NCBI GenBank assembly: GCA_965637545.1
Contig: OZ281494.1
Span: forward strand, 3,410,001 to 3,474,000
Direction: 5' to 3'
Length of the DNA stretch: 64,000 bases
Origin: Phallusia mammillata
Lineage: Eukaryota
Shown here: piece after piece, positions 49,101-62,200 of the stretch
How positions within the stretch are numbered: position 1 is the first letter of the stretch
How the letters are laid out: every line of letters starts with the position of its first letter
The notes under the pieces: model-generated
Databases searched by the model: none
What the model was told of the DNA's origin: nothing
The model's input: only the letters and a program-made list of their open reading frames with translations
Position numbers and translations under genes: made by a program

Positions 49101-49859
49101 GGCTCCCGGTACTCCGATCTTCTACTCCACGGTCGTCGCTCCTCTTGCTCTCGTCCTCCTTATCAACTTCATGATCATGCTGAAGACGACATACGTATTG
49201 TTCAAAACGAGAAAAATGCAGAGCAGAGATGAGAATGATACCGTGATGATTGCTATGAAAGGAGCCAAGTCCTTCTTCCTCTTGCTCCTGATGCTCGGAG
49301 GAACATGGGGTCTAGCATTCTTCACAGGTTGGTCGATTGAGACAATTTAAAATGTAGAGTGGTTGTATTCAACCAGTGTGTATGGAAAATCATTCATAAA
49401 ATGCACATAGTTAATAATATTTAGGTTAGAACTTTATCTGTTTATGCTTTTTTTATGTTTTTCATGGTTGCTATGTTTGAAGCTTGTTTAAACCAGGGTT
49501 GCGGCATTACAAGTTTACCACTCTATTTTTGTAATGTTGATAATTTACGGTTTTCTGTAGTTCGATTTGCAACAATGGGGTTAATGGCTGTGTTAAATTG
49601 ACGAAAAACACTTGAAACCCTCAGATATAAACACATGAGTTCTGTTTTTTGTTTTGCAGGAATTGGGAACGAGATTACGAACGAGGTGTTCATGTACATT
49701 CACACCTTGGTGAACGGATCGCAGGGAATCGTCGTCTTCCTGCTGTACTGCGTCATGAGTCACATGATCAGACAGGAAATTGTGCCTTGTAAGCGTGAAG
49801 CTGATGGGTCTGAGCAGCAGAACAACACAGCAAACACTACTGATGGAAACCGACACTAA
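46144..49859 (+). CDS. Adhesion GPCR type B2: signal peptide, SUEL lectin domain, GAIN/GPS, 7TM; about 663 aa, intact
   Basis: Exons: 46144-46219, 46491-46547, 46631-46724, 47031-47209, 47453-48129, 48438-48663, 48845-49327, 49660-49859. All have the same lengths as in B1. GPS reads CRCSHL/TIFTVLL. Confidence 0.9.
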
Positions 49860-50274
49860 TCTCTCCCAGATTGAAGGTTTTATTTCACCAAATGTCTATT
49901 TAAGTTGATTGAATGTCAAAGATATTTTGAAAGCTGATTAAATAAATGTACACTGATGTTTTAAAGCTACTGTTACTGGTGATAGTAAAGATGATAGTAA
50001 AGCCCCATCTCACATTTTTATGACAAAATTCCAGCGGTTTGGCCAAACTTGACCTGCCAATTGTGCCTGTAAATATAAATTAGTAGCTTTGAAACCAACA
50101 TTTAAACCTGTAAGTTCTACGCCTCTTGAAACCAAAGTTCACTAACAGTAACCAGCAACTTTGTATGAATTCAGCCTTAAAACTATTGTTTAAAACAAAC
50201 TTAAGGTTTACGCATTTTCCTATTGCGAGTGTTTGTGTTTAAAATCCCTTTATTGTGTTTTGCTTGGTTATAGA

Positions 50275-50600
50275 CAGGGTTGCCATCGACTTGAAGCCAA
50301 AAATAAGGACAAACGAAAAATTATATTTTTAGATGAAACGATTTAAACGTTTTTGAACAAATCTTTGCATTTACACGAGCTATGATACATCATATGCAAT
50401 ATTTTGGCCGGAAACAATCCATTGCAGTAACTTCTAATTGTTCGAAGAAAATACTTTTTGCATCTTACAACAGCACAGGTCTAGGTTTACTATTAATTGT
50501 AGCACGGATTTGACTTGTAGTTGTTTAAAATAAGACAAAAGAAGGACTCAAGTCAAAAACAAGGACATTTCTTAGAAATAAGGACGGTATGGCAACCCTG
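50275..50600. mobile_element. hAT MITE
   Basis: TIR CAGGGTTGCCAT. TSD gttataga at 50267-50274 and 50601-50608. Near-identical empty site at 36630-36637. Confidence 0.9.
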
Positions 50601-52034
50601 GTTATAGATGATGTAAGTTTTAATATTATCTTTTCTGGTGTTATATTTAGCTATTAGTCATATACTGCAGTAATTAATTAGCGACCTTCATAACAAATCA
50701 CTCGTTGTCTTTATTGTGTAATTTCCACATGTATGAATATAGGAAACATGTCTTACAACCGTTTTCTTAACGCGAATTAGTGATCAACAATAACGTCAGG
50801 CCAGGTGGTATTTCTCCATTTCATTTGATTTCAATTACGTACCTGCACCGGATGAGTAAATGCCTCTTCAGTTATCTGAAAATTTCTTACATTCTCGTGT
50901 TGTACATTATAATAACACGCCAACCATGTACGTTTTAATATCACGCGAAGATTTAAATGTGTTTGCCATTTTACAAACATATATTTTTTTGTTCTATAGT
51001 TGCATACAGTGACGAAATATACGTCATAGAGTTTTTATTACATATGTAACATGTTTTGCCGCAGTGGTTGCCTGATATTAAACCGAATCTTAAACCTGAA
51101 AAGGGATTTTAAGTGTTTTAGATTTTTGGTTAGATTTTTCGCAGTGCCTTGCCACACTGAATATTTGGGAGACTGGTTTGTTTCGGTATACGCCGCCAAT
51201 GGGCCTGGCGTACTATGATTTTGAATGAATCTTAAACCATCGCATTTTTTGTTCACTTTACGCTCCCGTTTGACATAACATGCTAACTGTTCGTCACAAA
51301 TTGAAACAAAGCGCCTTGTTACACCCTTTTTTACATTATGTGATATTTAAGCTTTATCCTTAAGCTCCCACCGAACACCGAATTACCTATAAATAGCCAC
51401 AAAAATATAAAACATCCCATTGCAAAAAACGTGTAGAAACCCATTCGTGTGTTTTCTGTTGAATGTTGTTGTTGATTTGATCATAATGTAAAATGTTCTT
51501 TATTGACTTTGTACAGATATTTATTTGATTGAAATAAATCTGTGTGAAATTGTTGCTGTTTCTATTTGTAACGTACACTGATTTTAAGTAAAGTCTCATA
51601 AGCAAGAAAAGAGGATTTTTAAACTGGGAAAATCATGCGTACATAGAAGTACATAGAAGATTTACACTACCCAGCAACATTTCAGCGGATCAGTGCTTTT
51701 CAGAGCAAAGGTGTTCGAGTAACCGTTTCGTGTATTGCAAAACCTAATAGAGTACGTACCTAGTGGCGGGATTCAGACAGTGTCATAAACAAAAATGTAT
51801 CAATTTATGGTTGTAAACCTTTTTGTTCGTATGCCGTAGCAAATTTCAAACATACAGTTACTCAATCACTCAAACAATTTTATCTAAATGTTCTCACTGA
51901 GATTAAATCCCGAAACATGCTGAATGCGAAGATTATTGTAGCCCCATGCTTAGAATCTCTCTAGATTTATCACTGGTGGTGTTCAACACATTTTGCGAAC
52001 GGAATTGAAAACGCTGGATGGCGTCAGTGGGTAG

Positions 52035-52111
52035 GGGGTCGCGGGGTTTGAACCCGCACACGCAGGAACGATTTCGAGTCGAATGCGAAGTAACCACTTG
52101 ACTAAGCCAGC
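52035..52111 (-). ncRNA. tRNA-Ser(CGA)-like element, copy 2
   Basis: Paralogous to 38216-38292; B-box GGTTCAAACC. Confidence 0.6.
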
Positions 52112-53282
52112 GCGGTAACGTAACTCTCTAAACATGCAGCCTTTTAAACAAAGAATAGGCCAGACAAAAGACCAGACAACTCATTCAGGTAAGAGCATCG
52201 AGCAAATGTTTTTAGCGTAAGCTACCCCTTTCCTCTAAGAACATAAGAATCATGCACCGCTGAACAACAAATATGTGATTTTGAAATAGGGCAACGTTGG
52301 GCAGTTAGAACAATATCTGTCCGAACGACTGACTTTAAATAGCCACGTCAAATATATTAACAGTACAAAGTGGAAACCTATTCTTACAATAGTTTAGAAC
52401 AGAGGGATTATAACTTGTATTTTGTGTTCTTTGATATGTTCACGTGCTCAGTACATAATGGCTTAGAATGTCGCTATGCTGCACTGCAACAGCTTATTAC
52501 ACTACATCATAACATGTAAAGTGGAAAAAGGTCGAAATCTAGATCATATAGAAAATATTTGCAAGTATCTAATTTTAATTATTTGTGGCCCGAAAGTTGA
52601 TAGAACCGATAGGAAATTACCAATTAAATGTGTTCGAATGTGAAGTCAGGCCCGAATTAAACCTTTTTTTTTTAATTAAGCCCCAATCCCATCCGAAACG
52701 CTGAGACTCGTATAGAAAAGTTCACAAACAAGTGATTTTTTTTAATTATCAATCTAAACAAAAAATATTATCGCGTCATAAATGCTATGACTCTGTCTTG
52801 TCTCATCTGTAAAGCAAGGCAAATCATTCAAAGGTACCAGAACATTTTGCACTCTATAGCAACATTCCAGCAGATAGTCTTGTGATTAGTGCTTTTACGG
52901 GTTAAGGTGTTTCAGTTTCGTGTATTGTAAACCTATAAGAGCAGGTAACATTTTTTGTTTAAAGTTATAAACTATTTCCAAATCTTAGGAGCATCAACTT
53001 AAGTATGACAGTGTAATTACCCAAAATTTATCAGTTTATGGTAGTAAACCTTTTTCTTCGTTTGTCTTAGCAAATGTCGAGCATACATTTACCCCAATTA
53101 CCCAAACAATATTTCTGCATGTTCTTTGTTATCATCTCGCTGACATTACATTTCGAAACAAGCCAAATGCGAAGGGTAAATTTGCCCCGACTAAGAGTCT
53201 CTCTAGTAAGGTTTAACACTGGTGGTGTTCAACACATTTTGCGAACGGAATTGAAAACGCTGGATGGCGTCAGTGGGTAGGG

Positions 53283-53359
53283 GGGGTCGCGGGATTTGAA
53301 CCCGCAAACGCAGGAACGATTTGGAGTCGAATGCGAAGTAACCACTTGACTAAGCCAGC
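53283..53359 (-). ncRNA. tRNA-Ser-like element, copy 3
   Basis: Paralogous copy inside a local tandem duplication (about 51720-52810 vs 52910-56030). B-box GGTTCAAATCC; anticodon changed to CCA. Confidence 0.55.
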
Positions 53360-53900
53360 GCGGTTACGTAACTCTCTAAACAGCCTTTTATACAAAGAAT
53401 AGGCCAGACAAAAGACCAGACAACTCGTTCAGGTAAGAGCATCGAGCAAATGTTTTTTAACGTAAGCTGCCACTTTGCCTCTAAGAACATGAGAATCATG
53501 CACCGCTGAACAACAAATGTGTGATTTTAGGAAAACAGTTAGGTCTTAAGTCTTAGGACAACATTAGGCAATTAAAAAAAGAAGAGTGTCTCTTTAAACG
53601 ACCGACTTTAAGTAGCTACGTCAAATATATTAACAATACAAAGTGGAAACCAATTCATACTAAGTTATAGTTTAGAACAGAGGGCCTAAAAGCATTGTTT
53701 TTTGTGTTGATTGATATGTTCACAAGCCACGTAACAAGTGCAGAATGGCTAAAAAAGTAGAAAAAAATCCAAAGCAGGTTTGGTTCGAACCGACTTCACA
53801 TATTGGAAAAAAAATCGAAATCGAGATCATGCAGCGAAATGTAATAGAAAATATTTGCAAGTATCTAATTTTAAAGATTTAACCCAAAAGTTGATAGAAC

Positions 53901-54913
53901 TAGGGATGGCCCGATAGTACTGTATCGGCGCCGATACCCGATGCTTCGAGCAGTATCGGTACTCGTCCGATACTTTAGCGGTATCGGTACAAGTACCGAT
54001 ACTTTTTTTGAGACTTTATCATGTGTAAAATTGAAAATGAAAGGAGGCAAAAAACAACAACCATCGGCTGTGATAAAATATTTATGGGACTACAACTAAA
54101 AACGGGTTCGTTTTGGATTTAATGAAATATGATGACCTAAATCGCTACAGCGACTTAATGCCGTAACATGTTTTTTAGGCCCGCGTTAATTGCGAGCGAG
54201 CGTCACAACGCACAAAGTTCATTGTAGACGTTTGTAAGCATAAGTTTCGAAACGGCAGGTGTTTAATTTGTATGGCCAAGTGTATTTAGACATTCCTAGT
54301 GTTATCAGTGACAAATTATTTTCTATGCCGTTAGGTGAACTTTTAAATCCCAATTAAACTACCTGCGATTTTGCAATACAAAAGTTGGCGTTAAGAAATG
54401 ACCCAAACGTCATATGTTTTTGGATTCCTTCACTGTTTTGGGGATATTAACAGACAATCCCATTCTCTGCCTAAAGCCATGATCGTTAAATGTTTTTTGT
54501 TGTCAAAGTCGTAAAACATTAACGCCGGTAAGACGTTACAAACAATAGACGCCGGTAAGACGTTGCAAAGCGCGTAGCATAAACGTAATCACGTGATCAG
54601 ATGCGTAACAACAAGTGCACCAATCGTTAGTTATGCCTCCAATGCACCACCGTCGTTAGGGCATCGTTAGCTCGCCAGCTGATTTGCCAAAGAGTCTTTA
54701 CCAGATCTGGGCATTTTACGGCCTTAAGTGATTTATTAGACTGAGTGTGTTGTTAAATTAACTGTGATGGGAAAACACATTACAAATACATCAGTTTGAA
54801 AATGTTTTTGCTTGTTTGCAAAGTATCGGGTATCGGTATCGGATCGCAGTACTTTTGGGGTAAAATATCCGGTATCGGTATCGGTTGAAAATATTGGTAT
54901 CGGCCCAACCCTA
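53901..54913. mobile_element. Non-autonomous hAT (Ac-like) element
   Basis: Termini TAGGGATGGCCCGATA...TATCGGCCCAACCCTA with subterminal GGTATC/GATACC repeats. TSD gatagaac at 53893-53900 and 54914-54921. Empty site at 52599-52606. Confidence 0.9.
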
Positions 54914-56082
54914 GATAGAACCGATGAGAAATTACGATTTAATGTGGTCGAACGTGAAGTCAGGCCCGATTTAAACCTGCTTTATTAAAACGTAAGCTCC
55001 AATCCCATCAAACGCCGAGACTCCTATAGAAAAGTTGATAAACAAGTATCTTTTCGAAACAAGTTGAAGAGGCATTAGTTAACAAACTACGCCGGAAAAA
55101 CATTTTGAGTGTTGCTTAGTACTTAATTGTATGTGCCCACTGTAACAAGCTATGTCGCCATGAAAACAAGGAAATAAGAACAAAATAAAAGTACAAACGC
55201 TGTTTAAGACTTTTTCAGTGGCGATTAGTACGAGATAATAATAAAACTGGTTCACGAGGAAGTTTTGTGGGGTGACAGAAGTAACTACATTTTTTTGAAT
55301 AGCAAAATGTCTGAAAGATTTCGTGAAACTTGGAATTTTAACTTATTTGGTGAACTTTTATTTTTAATTTTACCATTAAACTTTAAAATTAAATGTTAAT
55401 CAATTGTGGATCAAGTCATGAAGATGCCGACACCATATAAGTAAATTCGAATAAAAATAAGCAATAATAACCTTTAGTGGGTCGTAAAAGGAATTCTTTA
55501 AAGTGAATGTCACAAAAGGATAAACGTGACGGCAAATTTATTTTGTAATTTGGCAACAAAACATCAACGTGTACTTTTGTGAAAAGGAGTAGACTTTTAT
55601 AGCAGTGCGTTAAATGTTCAGCTTCCCAACGTTATGTTGTTGTTATCCACAAAAACATGCACTATAGTTTATTGCGCCCTTTAACACCGGAACAAATTAG
55701 GAAATCGTGCGACTGGAAATCAACAATATCCTTCAAGCGCCTATCAAATCTGAATATTAAAAACGGATGTAATTTCAACTAAAAATAGCATCCGAGTCGC
55801 ATCGTAAAATGCACACTATATATACGTAACTACTGACGATTTTAGAGACTAATTAATCTTTAACATTTGTAACTGAGACAGATTTAGTCATTCGGAAGTT
55901 TAGGGAGGATATATGTCACCCGGAAACCTCAACACAATACGCATTATTACGTATGTGGAAAGTAATTATCTCGTCATAAATACTATGACTGTGTCTTGTC
56001 TCACAGTGACGCGTGAAGTCGGTTTAACATCCTGTAAAGCAGGGGTTCTTAAACATGGGTGAATTTATATTCCAGCTTAAAG

Positions 56083-56603
56083 CAGGGAGTCGAACCGCTT
56101 GTCATATGGGTTCAGGTTCGGTTCGGGTTCACTTGGTTTTGTTTTTAAGGGTTCGGGTTCGGTTCAGGTTTTTAAAAATGTACATTTTCGGGTTCGGGTT
56201 TTGTTCCGGTTTGGGCAAATTATCCGGTCCGAACCGGTTTGCGGTTTTTAAACCGGTTCAAATTTTTATTCGTTTCAATTTAATTCTACCCATCATCTAC
56301 CTGGCCTTATCAAACTCCAAAATAATTTTGCCCGCGCACTGTTTTTTTTGACATGCCCTGTGAGTGTTATCTCGCGTATTCTTCAGTGCGCTGTTTTGCA
56401 AAAAATCACAAAATATAAAACAGACTGCATTTTTTACTGGTTCGGTTCCGGTTCGGGTCCAACGCCAAACAAAACATAGGGTTCAACTCCGGTTCGGGTT
56501 TTTAGAAAATCGTAATTAGCGGTTCGGGTTCGGTTCGGGTTTAATGAAATTAACCGCTCAAACCGGTTCGCGGGTTCGGGTTCAGTTCCGGTTCGACTCC
56601 CTG
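56083..56603 (-). mobile_element. hAT MITE (CAGGGAGTCGAACC family), inverted relative to 17577-18098
   Basis: Perfect TIRs. TSD gcttaaag at 56075-56082 and 56604-56611. Confidence 0.95.
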
Positions 56604-58786
56604 GCTTAAAGTGACAAGTGAAAAACATGGCTGTTGAAGAAACAACCATTTTAATGTTATTCAAGCTTTTCTTGAAGTCCGTGTTTTGTGTATCTATATT
56701 TTAGAACAATTACAAATTTTGACAACTTCTATTATAAAAAATAGCTGATGAGTACGTGTATTTAAAAACCAATGAAAACAGGCCAAAGTATTGTGATGGT
56801 TTTAATATGTTGTTGTATAAGACCATAGGCTACCTTAAATAAACTTGCCACACTTTTTAACAAAATTAGAGTAATAGGGCATATTTCGGTAACTATAAGG
56901 ATTCATTTAACTCACGACCTCTGACCCTTGCCCTTTAACCTCGCCTAATGCCCTTATATGTCCAACCTGTGGACATGCAGTCGTTAACATTTTGGAACGA
57001 GCGTTCTTTCTACGAACAAACATCAAATGTTTGTTGCAGCTAATAATAAACCTTGATTTGGAAAGCTCACGGGCGTTTTATTACGCATTCGAACGTCACT
57101 TTCGTCCAACGCATTTCGAGTCGCGATTTCCCGGTAAATTGTGACGTAACAAAGTGGCCTGCACGATTTTTGACGTCACGGGTCAGTGCAAGGCAGCGGC
57201 GTGAAGTAGTAAACGCGCGATGCGGTTGTTTGTTGCGTCATAAGGGGTGTGCGAGGACAGAGCGCGGTCGGAGAAATTGGCTGGCTTCTAGTTCGTGATT
57301 TTACGAGTAATGTGCTTGGTTCAACAGTAGCCAAGTTTTTCTGAATAGCTGAATTGAGTCAAGGCCAGCATTTACACAGAAATTGTTTAAAGGAGCTTCC
57401 GTCGAAAACCTAAATTTTCGCCATAATTGCAAGTCATTGCGTTAAGATGTGTTTTTGGAGTGTTTTTTATTGTTTGTTTGTAAACGTTGGTTTCGGTTAA
57501 ACGTGTTGAAGTATGTAAAACGCTACCATCGGAGTTTTACTAGAAGGATAGTACATGGTTATGAGTAATAGCCTGCTTTATAACACATACTTAACAATCG
57601 CTGTTGTCACCAAGAATAAATTTCCAGTTCGTCAAAGCAGAAAAAAGTCTCCGTAGAAAAGATTTTAAAGCAGACTTTATTAACATACGGAAATCTTTAA
57701 TTATGGCGTTTAATGCTTTTTGTGAATTACTAGTGTCAACGTCAATTAGTTACGGCCATTATCGGCAGCCAATTAACGCGTTGAGAGATTGAACGACAAA
57801 AAAATCAACTTTCCACAAACGGGGATTCCCGGCGCGGTGACGTTGACGTCATAATGGTGCGTCGCGAGGCTTCGCGGTAAACAAGATTGTAAGTCGTTCG
57901 AGAATTTCGTTTCCGATCGCCTTCTATGGAGTTGGCAGTCGCATCGCCGTCAATTCTCTGCTGAAGGTGATGACAGACGATCGCACATAAAGATCTTATC
58001 TGACAGAGGCTCTGAATTAAGTGTTGTCAAAACGTTTAGTTAGAGGTATAAGTTGCGACTAAAGTAAGATTGTCAATGTTTTGACTACTTTTTTGTAACA
58101 ACTACAAAGACATGTTTGACTTTGAAACTAAGCGGCCAAAATCTGGTGGGATACTCCTCAATATGAATGTTATGTAATATGAGGTAACTGAGAAACAGAA
58201 AACGAAAAAAAAAACGGTAGCATTATTGTCTTAATGTGGGCGGGAGGTTATAGTAAACTGAATCTAAAAACCTCCGCCTTACAACCAAAAATATTTTCAA
58301 AAATGTCTTGTTGTGATCTTTTGCTATGCGGACATAATATTCTTTATTCTTAGGGTTTAGGCAAAACTCGATTCTTAAAGTTGGTCAAAACATTCAGTTT
58401 AAGAAAAAGTTTAAAAGATTTTGTGATGATATTGGCACAAAACGAGGTGACCAACTTGTGTCCCTATTTGTGGCGCGGGAATTCAGACCTTGCCATAGAA
58501 ATAACAACCGGCTTTGACTTGTAACCTAACGGCATGCAATTTTCCCACACTTGCAAAATCTTGGCAACGGATGCATACGAGCGCGCATCAAAGCCACATC
58601 GCAGCCCGCATACTTGCATAAAAGGATACTTTTGTGCAGCAATATAGCACAAGACAAGTTTTTCAAGAGTTCGTCTCAAAAAACAGGAAATACCGTCGTA
58701 AAATGCCTTTGCCAATTGCAAACGCTTTCTGAATTTATTTTGGTCCTGTTTACACTTCACCGCGTGCAACACGTGCAGGTGTAAGT

Positions 58787-58869
58787 CCTTTTATGGCAGT
58801 AACATGTGCTTCGAACATTCCTTTTTTGGAACCGTATCACCATATTTGTCGAGTGCCCTCCATATTTGG
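58787..58869. promoter_or_regulatory. CArG box cluster upstream of SRF
   Basis: CCTTTTATGG (58787-58796), CCTTTTTTGG (58820-58829), near-match CCATATTTGT (58840-58849) and CCATATTTGG (58860-58869). All lie about 350-430 bp upstream of the ATG. Confidence 0.75.
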
Positions 58870-59217
58870 GCGTACGCTCCATCGCCATGTATTCATCCGC
58901 GCGCAAGAATGCGACCTGAAATTCGCCTTCCTGTTGATGCACGGCAAATTTATTTCGGTAAATTATGTAATGCATATATATTGAGTCAAATTGGATGAGT
59001 TTTAAACTAAATGTGTCGGCAAAGGAAGCAATTACCGCTGCGACAATTTTATTTTTTCGCGCGGATGGTTTGTTTCGTCACAAACCCAGTCAGCTGTTCG
59101 CGTCAGCAGCCAAATACGGAACTGAAGCAGCTGCGAACAACACAGCGCGAAATTTTAAGCCAGAATTCTCGTTTTTTGCAGATTTCGTAAATAATTTAAC
59201 ATTTTTTGTCAACAAAA

Positions 59218-62200
59218 ATGAAAAGCCTGAAAAGATCAAGAATAGACGCTGGTTTAGACAACATGAGAGCAGATGAACATTTAGCTTTAGACTCAGACGA
59301 CGACGATTCTTTGGCTTTGGACGATAATTCAAGCCATGGTTCCCGTCCTGGAACCCCGCAACCGAAATCAGGGAAGAAAACCCGCGGTCGTGTGAAGATT
59401 AACATGGAATTCATCGACAATAAACTTAGACGCTACACGACTTTCAGCAAAAGGAAGTCTGGAATCATGAAAAAGGTTGGTTTTATTGGTTAAAATTGTA
59501 CTTTATACACGAGGTACTCAAAAGTTAAATATGAAAAATGACAGGCAAACTTTGTACAAAAGTTTACCATGCTATGAAGTACTAATCTAAGCAGCATAGT
59601 GCAAGCTTGTATAGAGTAAGTTTGAAAAACAGGTCATATTTTAAACTAAAAAATGGTAAATATATTAACTTTAGTCTCAAATGATTGGTTTCCTTGCAAT
59701 GAATAAATGAATATAAAGTCAAATTTTAGGAATAGTTTTCAGAAGTATCTAGATAATATTATCAGTTACAGCACCATGTTTTCATAACTTAGCTTATTGT
59801 AAAGTGTGATGCTAATTGCTAACTATCTGTACCTAATGTACATGTGTTGTTGTAAATTTAGTGGGTCACTCTTAAATTAACCATCAAGACAGTGAATTTG
59901 TTTGCATTTTTTATCAGTGCTGATGTAAAACACCCAATTTTTTATTAAATGGTATCTGAATATAATAGCACGAATCAGATTATGTGTATTAGTAAATTGT
60001 GATATCATTTAGCACAGTTACGTAAACTACCTTCTTGAGTCAGCTTTTTCTGTTGAATCAACTGATCTGGTGTCATTGTATAGTACGAGAAGACGCAGGA
60101 AACGACTTGACGTCATAATTCATTCATAGACCAGTCAGAGCATGCCCTCACGTTGCAAGACGTACATCGCCCTCAGTTTAATTCAATACGCGTCAGTTGA
60201 CCTTTTTGGCCAGTGTGATGTCACAAAAATTCCAAACATGGCCAAATTGCAGAGGATTCCTGTTCGAACCTTTCATACCAAATTATGTCACGTCCTACAC
60301 ACTATCGCATTCTGATGATTTCCTGGACTAATGACCAGCCTAATGGCACCGTTGCATGTAGTTTTATTCATAGAATCTGGTTTCCTTGCTACTTTGTCAA
60401 TTGAGTTTAACATGTACTAAAGGTTTGCTTCCATATATGGTCAATCAAGTGAGTTTGTGTCTTCCTTATTAGGAAGCTTCTCATTGGCAGAAAGTTTCTG
60501 CTGAACTAAATATAAATTTATATTGATGTTCTGCCAACCTAATATCTTTGGCTTGAAATTGGTGTCAGGGGATAAGATAGCTGGTACATCATGCCCAAAA
60601 ACATTACAGCTTACCATGAATTTGCCTTATTCCATGCTCCTTTTGTTTCATGAGCTAAGATTAAACTGTATTAATGTTTTTTATAAGAACATTAGTGAAA
60701 TAAATACAATCACACATTGTAATATTGTTGGACGAAAAACAAAATTTTTTGTACTTTCTATTATTGGTGAAACATTTTTTCAATCTTTGTACCTTACTCC
60801 ACAGGCACATGAACTTGCTACACTTACCGGAACTCAAGTAATGTTGCTGGTTGCCAGTGAGACTGGACATGTGTACACCTTCGCCACACGAAAACTTCAA
60901 CCAATTTTATCAAGTGAAGCAGGTAATTACATAATATCACCAATGCAAATTTGTATGTAAGTGCCATTTCCAACCTAAATCTTCAAAAACAAAATGAATC
61001 ATTTATTTGAATGTCCCTGAAGTAAAAAAATGCACTTGGGTATTAAAATTTGACTATTTTGCAAAAAAATTACGTTTCAAAAATTTTGATGACACTTTAC
61101 AATTAAAACTTAACTGTCCCTTTAAATAGCCTTTTAAATTTTGCATAATTTTAAAAATTGAGTAGAGCATAGTGGGTATATCCATGTTACATTATATTAG
61201 AGTTTTTAAACAAACAATCATTTACCTGTGTTTGAAACCGGCCAATATAAATTTGATAAACATAATAAACAAAGGTCAATTACAAATTTGTGCAGGAAAG
61301 CAATTGATCCAGACATGTTTAAATTCTCCTGACCCTGGAGATTCATCGGCAGCTGTGAACTCCGCACAAGATGAACAACGCATGAGCGCACAAGGCTTCG
61401 AAGAACCTGAATTGTCATACATTCCTGAAGAAACAAAGGTAAAAAAATGCTTTTTCAATTTTTGGGCTGCACAATTAATGGTTAAAATCCTGCCAAATTG
61501 TATACAATAAAAAATGTTGCAACTCAACAAATTTGTAAAGCAAGTAAGATAGCATTGTGTTTTGTAAAATTGTTTGATACAGTTAGTAATAAAAAAAAAA
61601 ACATTTCAACGAAAACACTTCTCATAATTTTTTTTACTTTCATTGTCATTCTTTGCTGCCAAATGTAGTTACTTACAATGTTCATTTTAATTGCAGGATG
61701 CAGTCCTAGCACAGAAGACTTACCATATCATGAACAGCATATCGTCACAACAGACCGAGCATTCACCAACTCCACCAGCTCAACAGGTAAGAAAAAAATT
61801 ACTTGCAAGTCAACGAAATGTCCAATCTTCGTTTCTCGTTTAAAAAAACCGAACAATTAATATAAAAATAGATAAAGAATTTACAATAAAACATTTTATC
61901 TTTGAAAAAAAGGAAAAAAAGTGCTTGTTGTTTGATAGCTGTAATGTACATAGCTTTTGTAACAAAGCAATTTTTCGTTTTTAGCAGCAATCATCCCTGC
62001 CCGTAAACCTTGTGGCCATGAGCAATTCAGAAAGTGTGAAAGGGCCAACAATTCATCTGCCTTCTGCCCAGGGCCTGGCACTTATGCAGACGCACCATGG
62101 TATGTTTGCAGTTCTTTTTGATTCATATTTTGTTCCCCTGTTGGTGTCAGGTTCGAATTTCCAAAATGGTTGGTTTCAACCTGTGGCAAACATGTGTTTT

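Noticed and set aside
59398-60822. SRF MADS-box substitutions (KIK to KIN, AYELS to AHELA)
   Set aside because: Within the range of invertebrate MADS variation as far as I can judge; the core DNA-contact motif GRVK...KRK is intact.
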